In this document: one piece after another, positions 59,678 to 64,000 of the stretch | How positions within the stretch are numbered: position 1 is the first letter of the stretch | Layout: each line of letters opens with the position of its first letter | NCBI GenBank assembly: GCA_965208105.1 | Contig: OZ242318.1 | Location: 3,552,001-3,616,000 of the forward strand | Source of the DNA: Candidatus Latescibacterota bacterium | GTDB lineage: Bacteria > Latescibacterota > UBA2968 > UBA8231 | Length of the DNA: 64,000 nucleotides | Direction of reading: 5' to 3' | The notes under the pieces: model-generated | Seen by the model: only the letters and a program-made list of their open reading frames with translations | The model's database searches: none | What the model was told of the DNA's origin: nothing | Position numbers and translations under genes: made by a program

Positions 59678-62428
59678 TCAGACGCGGTATTCAACGGCTA
59701 CTTCCGATACCCGGGGGGTGCCGCAGCTGTTGAAGGCCCCCAGGGCCAGTCTGTACTGAATCCACCTTCCGTTCCGCCCGTCCTCGCATGCCTCCTGGCC
59801 GTTGTCATACCAGGTCGTTCCGCCGGCCGGGCCTCTCCACTCCGCCCGGTCCAGCAGGGAGCGGGTGGTGCCGAAGCGCAGCTGCGCCTTCACCCAGGTA
59901 TTGGCCGCGGTCTCCGCCTGCCAGCGGACGCGCTCCACGCGGCTCTCCGCCGGCAGCTCGAAGGGCGCTGAAAAGTAGAACTCCTGGTGCCCCCGGTCCA
60001 TGATGCTGCCCGGATCGACGCAGAGCATGCCGTGCGGTCCGGAGGTGGGCAGCCTGGTCTGGCGGCTGTCGGAGAATCCCTCCGGGCCGTTCCACCAAAC
60101 CGCGGACCAGCCCACGTGGTCGCCCTCCACCTTGTGGTTGGCCACGGCCAGGTCGATCCAGCCGTCCTCGTTGAAGTCGGCCGCGACGCAGCCGGAGGCG
60201 GAGTGGGTGAAGAGGCGGGTGTGGTCCGCGGCCGAGAAGCCGCGTCCGGGCCGGTTCCAGTAGATGTAGGACTCGAGATCGCGCGACCTGCTGTCCGTGT
60301 AGGACGGCACGAAGAGGTCGAGCAGGCCGTCGTTGTCGAAGTCGGCGACGGCCACGGAGAGGACGTCGTTTGCCGGCAGCAGGGTACGGCAATCCTCGCG
60401 GATTCCCCGGGGGCCGTTCCAGTAGATGTAGACGAAGGAATCGTGGGGCTCCGCCAGAGCCGGGGGGCCGCCGCCGACGATCAGGTCGAGATAGCCGTTG
60501 CCGCTGAGATCGGCGGCGCGGGCGGATACGGCCTGCCACACCGAGAGCATCTGGCAGCGCTCCATGCCGAAGCCCTGCGGTCCGCCCCAGAGGATGAGAC
60601 TGCGGTCCTCCCTGCTCTGGGGCACGACGAGGTCCAGCCAGCCGTCGTTGTCGAGGTCGGCCAGGTAAATCCACAGCGGATTCCTGTAGACAGTGCCCTG
60701 GTGCTCCATGTGGATGCGCTCGGGGTTTTCCAGGTCGATGCCCCCGGCCCTGCCGTAGAAGACGAGGATTTCGGGGCTGGTGTGCCCGGCGAAGACCAGG
60801 TCCAGGTAGCCGTCGCGGTTTATGTCCGCGCAGCAGGCGCCGTGGGCGAGGTCGGTGGGCAGCTTCCAGGTGGGCTCCGGGGGGAATCCCTTCCTGCCGT
60901 TGAGGAAGACGTAGGACCCGGGATCGCGCGACGGGGTGTTGTGGGAGGAATTCACCAGCGCCAGGTCGGCGCGCCCGTCGTCGTCGAAGTCGCAGCAGAG
61001 GGCGCTGACCGCCCCCCACCCGGGCAGGTCCCGGCGGCGTTCGGCGGAAAAGCCCCCGGGACCGCCGGCGTAGATGGAGACGGCCAGTTCCTCGGTCTTG
61101 TTGCGCGCCCGGGTATTGACGAACACGACGTCGGGGAGGCCTTTCCCCCTGGGACGCGCCAGGAAGACGCGGCGGCCGTCGTGGGTCGCCAGCCTGAGAG
61201 AGTCCTCGAAATTCCTGTGCCGCGAGCCGCGGTAGACCAGGGAGTTGAAGGTGAAGGAGTCGGGGGTGTGTCCCTGGCACAGGACGATGTCGTCGCAGCC
61301 GTCGCCGTCGAGGTCGCCTAGGGCCACGTCGCAGGCGCGGTAGGTAGGGATCGGGGTCTTGTCCGACTCGCGGAACCCGCGGCCGCCGCCCCAGTAGATC
61401 CACGAACGCTCCTGTCCGCCGGAAGGCTGCCGGCAGGCGAAGACGATGTCGTCGCAGCCGTCGCCGTCCACGTCGCCTGCCGCCACCGCAAGGGCCCTTG
61501 GGCATTCGAAGACGAGGGGCGTACCGCAGCGGCGGTCCGGGTGGACGGGGACCAGGAAGGCGCGGCGGGAGCGGGCGACGAAGAGGTGGGGCACCTCCTC
61601 CAGGAGGATCACCTGCACCAGGGGCCTGGCGTCCTGAACGTACTCGGCCGTGGCCTTGTCCGCCGCGGAGACGCCGTCGTCGTTGGCGTCGTCCACCTCG
61701 ACGGGGACGGCCGTGCGGCGGTTCAGGTCGATCCCCTCCTCGGAGCCCCAGTAGATGGTGACCTCGCCGGCCTCGGAGCGCACGATCAGCTCGGCGCAGC
61801 CGTCCCCGTCCAGGTCGCCGCTTCCCAGTTGGTCGCCGTCCAGGTCCAGGTCATGGCGGCGCCTGGGCTCGAATCCCAGCTCGGTCTGGTAGAAGAGGCG
61901 GACCAGGTTGGCGCCCTGACGCACGGCGCCCTTGCTGAGGAAGGCCAGGTCCGGGCGTCCGTCTCCGTTGAAGTCGCCCGCGGCCACCGAGGTGCAGACC
62001 GGCGCCGGCAGGCGCTGGTGGCGGCGCTCGCTCCAGCCCTCGGGGGACCCGTAGTAGATGAAGGCGTTCATGTAGAGGCCCACCCCGTTGTACCAGTTGC
62101 CCAGCACCAGGTCGTCGCAGCCGTCGCCGTTGAGGTCGAGGACGGCCCCGGACCAGGCCCCGTCGGCCGGAAGATCGACGCATTGGCAGCGACCCAGCGG
62201 GTCCTGGTATACGCCGGCGGGAGCGTTCTCCAGATGGCTCTGGCTGTTGCAGAACACCAGGTCCATGTAGCCGTCGCCGCTGAAGTCGTACTGGTGTATG
62301 CGCTGCAGGACCCCGGCCCGGGAGACATAGAGATTGTGGCCGCCGTTTCCCATGGTGCCGCGGCTGAATCCGTCGAATCCGCGCGTCAGCCAGGTGTTTG
62401 TCGATCTCTTTTCAGCAGCAGATGGCAT
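59678..62428 (-). CDS. FG-GAP/VCBS repeat protein
   Basis: More than 12 D(L/F)(N/D)xDGxxD repeats followed by IYWG/IYYG; start at ATG 62428 because the upstream ORF extension overlaps the sulfatase. Confidence 0.88.
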   Translation of the reverse strand: MPSAAEKRSTNTWLTRGFDGFSRGTMGNGGHNLYVSRAGVLQRIHQYDFSGDGYMDLVFCNSQSHLENAPAGVYQDPLGRCQCVDLPADGAWSGAVLDLNGDGCDDLVLGNWYNGVGLYMNAFIYYGSPEGWSERRHQRLPAPVCTSVAAGDFNGDGRPDLAFLSKGAVRQGANLVRLFYQTELGFEPRRRHDLDLDGDQLGSGDLDGDGCAELIVRSEAGEVTIYWGSEEGIDLNRRTAVPVEVDDANDDGVSAADKATAEYVQDARPLVQVILLEEVPHLFVARSRRAFLVPVHPDRRCGTPLVFECPRALAVAAGDVDGDGCDDIVFACRQPSGGQERSWIYWGGGRGFRESDKTPIPTYRACDVALGDLDGDGCDDIVLCQGHTPDSFTFNSLVYRGSRHRNFEDSLRLATHDGRRVFLARPRGKGLPDVVFVNTRARNKTEELAVSIYAGGPGGFSAERRRDLPGWGAVSALCCDFDDDGRADLALVNSSHNTPSRDPGSYVFLNGRKGFPPEPTWKLPTDLAHGACCADINRDGYLDLVFAGHTSPEILVFYGRAGGIDLENPERIHMEHQGTVYRNPLWIYLADLDNDGWLDLVVPQSREDRSLILWGGPQGFGMERCQMLSVWQAVSARAADLSGNGYLDLIVGGGPPALAEPHDSFVYIYWNGPRGIREDCRTLLPANDVLSVAVADFDNDGLLDLFVPSYTDSRSRDLESYIYWNRPGRGFSAADHTRLFTHSASGCVAADFNEDGWIDLAVANHKVEGDHVGWSAVWWNGPEGFSDSRQTRLPTSGPHGMLCVDPGSIMDRGHQEFYFSAPFELPAESRVERVRWQAETAANTWVKAQLRFGTTRSLLDRAEWRGPAGGTTWYDNGQEACEDGRNGRWIQYRLALGAFNSCGTPRVSEVAVEYRV

Positions 62429-62529
62429 GTCGTTGCGGCCGGCTGTAGTTCCAGTTATCCGGTCCGTCCGGGGTGAATCGCCCTCCCCGCGCCGGCGCGG
62501 CCGGGGAGCGGGATTCGGACCCTCCGGCT

Positions 62530-64000
62530 CTAGGCAGGCATCGCCCGCGGTGGGCCCGGGGGATGGCTGTAGACGGTGGCGTCGAAGCTCCTGCGCATCA
62601 GCTCCCACCTGGTCTCCCGGTGGTCGGGATCGGAGGACAGGTCGCGGTGCTCCCAGGGGTCGTTGTCCAGGTCGTAGAGCTCGCACAGGTCCTTGCGGTG
62701 GTAGTGGATGAACTTCCACCTGCGGTCGCGGTACATGGTGGCGTGGGTCTGGTCGGGGAAATCGATGGCCCCGTAGAACTCGCAGCGGGCGAAGTCGCGG
62801 TGGTGGTGCGGCGGCGCCTTTCGGGTGAGCAGGGGGAGGAGCGACCGGCCCTGCACGAAGGAAGGAATCTCCATGCCCAGGGCGTCGTAGAGAGTGGGCA
62901 CGAGGTCGAGGAGCTCCACCAGGGCGTCGCTGACCAGGCCGCGCGCGAAGTGACCGGGCCAGGAGATCATCAGCGGCACGCGCACCGATCCCTCGTAGAA
63001 GCGGCAGCCCTTGCACACCATACCGTGGTCGCCCAGGGCCTCGCCGTGGTCGCTGGTGAAGATGACGATGGTGTTGCCGCGCTGGCCCGAGGCCTCGAGG
63101 TGGTCGAGCAGGCGGCCGAACTCGTGGTCTATGAGCTCGATGGAGGCGTAGTAGGAGGCCTGCATCCTCCTGTTGCCCAGCTCTTCCGGGTGCCTGGGCT
63201 GCGCCTGGAAGTCGATTCCGGCGCCGGCCAGGCGCTCCTGGTGCACCAGGTCGCCGTCCTCGAAGTGGGCGCCCGGAAGGGACTCGGGGTCGTAGCGGCG
63301 GTAGTATTCCCAGGGGGCGTCGAAGGGAGGGTGAGGGTCGAAGGGGTTGACGCTGAGCAGCCAGGGCTGGCCCCCGCGCCGGTTCTTCTGGATGAACTCG
63401 ATGGATTTTTCGGTGCACCAGAAGGTCTGGTGCAGGTGGGGCGGAATGTTGTCGTTTGCGGAGGAAGGCTCGAGGACTCCCGCGAAGTTCAGGTCGCCAG
63501 CCCCCTGCCGGTAGATCGTCGAGTTGTCGATTTCCGACCCCATCAGCTCGTCGGGGTCGGCGCCCTGCAGCCGCAGCCACTCGGCGTAGTCGTGGCCGAA
63601 GGAGCGCGGCCCTTTGTGCGAGTGGCTGTACTGGAAGTAGCGGTAGCCGTCGTCGACCCGGCGCTCGCGGCCTCTGGTCGACCCGGCCAGGTGAAGCTTG
63701 CCCACCAGGCCGCAATCGAAGCCGCTGCGCGCCAGGACGTGGGAGACGAGCCGCCCTTCATGGTGGCGCGGAAAGTAGGCGTTTCCGTTGGCGTTGACCC
63801 CGAGGGCGCTGGGATACATGCCGGTGAGGAAACTGGCGCGGCTCGGGGTGCAGATGGGCGACTGGCAGTAGGCGTGGGTGAAGGTGGCGGCCTCGGCCAT
63901 GAACCGGTCCAGGCGCGGGGTGTGAATGTGGGGATTGCCCAGGGCCGCGATGGTGTCGAAGCGTTGCTGATCGGAGCAGTACCAGAGGATATTCGGTCGG
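62530..64000 (-). CDS. Sulfatase, start just beyond window edge
   Basis: RPNILWYCSDQQR at the edge, CTPSRAS (CxPxR), GKLHL, FTSDHG, LYDLDNDPWE. Confidence 0.94.
   Translation of the reverse strand, partial: RPNILWYCSDQQRFDTIAALGNPHIHTPRLDRFMAEAATFTHAYCQSPICTPSRASFLTGMYPSALGVNANGNAYFPRHHEGRLVSHVLARSGFDCGLVGKLHLAGSTRGRERRVDDGYRYFQYSHSHKGPRSFGHDYAEWLRLQGADPDELMGSEIDNSTIYRQGAGDLNFAGVLEPSSANDNIPPHLHQTFWCTEKSIEFIQKNRRGGQPWLLSVNPFDPHPPFDAPWEYYRRYDPESLPGAHFEDGDLVHQERLAGAGIDFQAQPRHPEELGNRRMQASYYASIELIDHEFGRLLDHLEASGQRGNTIVIFTSDHGEALGDHGMVCKGCRFYEGSVRVPLMISWPGHFARGLVSDALVELLDLVPTLYDALGMEIPSFVQGRSLLPLLTRKAPPHHHRDFARCEFYGAIDFPDQTHATMYRDRRWKFIHYHRKDLCELYDLDNDPWEHRDLSSDPDHRETRWELMRRSFDATVYSHPPGPPRAMPA

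Noticed and set aside
59678-62428. Recurring GTCGTCGCAGCCGTCGCCGT-like nucleotide repeats
   Set aside because: They encode FG-GAP DGDGCDD units at irregular spacing; not a CRISPR array.
1-64000. rRNA, tRNA, CRISPR arrays, phage or known defence genes
   Set aside because: No recognisable signatures found by eye; a tRNAscan or Infernal run would be needed to exclude small RNAs.

Overview
High-GC bacterial chromosomal window with about 48 protein-coding genes; I found no rRNA, tRNA or CRISPR array. The backbone is catabolic and respiratory: GMC, AKR, Zn-ADH and SDR oxidoreductases, nrfHA, two sulfatases, four PhyH-type dioxygenases, yiaK plus a UxuA-like gene, an acyl-CoA ligase/thiolase/DUF35 cluster, a haloacetate dehalogenase, glcF, murB, xylA, and TPR and FG-GAP proteins. 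This gene content resembles Latescibacterota/Poribacteria-like organisms (inference only). Two visibly more AT-rich blocks interrupt it. Block 1 (~25.1-39.5 kb) has three peptide-exporter-type ABC transporters, an S9 peptidase, an orphan RND pump, regulators and a GNAT. Block 2 (~48.3-58.8 kb) has envelope proteins, an IS481 remnant and a four-gene operon: patatin-POTRA-Omp85, atypical-kinase-like-Omp85, DUF4956-like and SdiA-regulated-like beta-propeller. That operon is the best candidate for an undescribed system. Direct reading also showed items the ORF track misses: an internally deleted MlrC/M81 remnant, a Nudix pseudogene, a 1-nt frameshift in murB, a probable CTG start for yiaK, a 160-bp MITE-like element and a CXXCH-type NrfA. 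All family calls are motif recognition by eye; no database searches were run.
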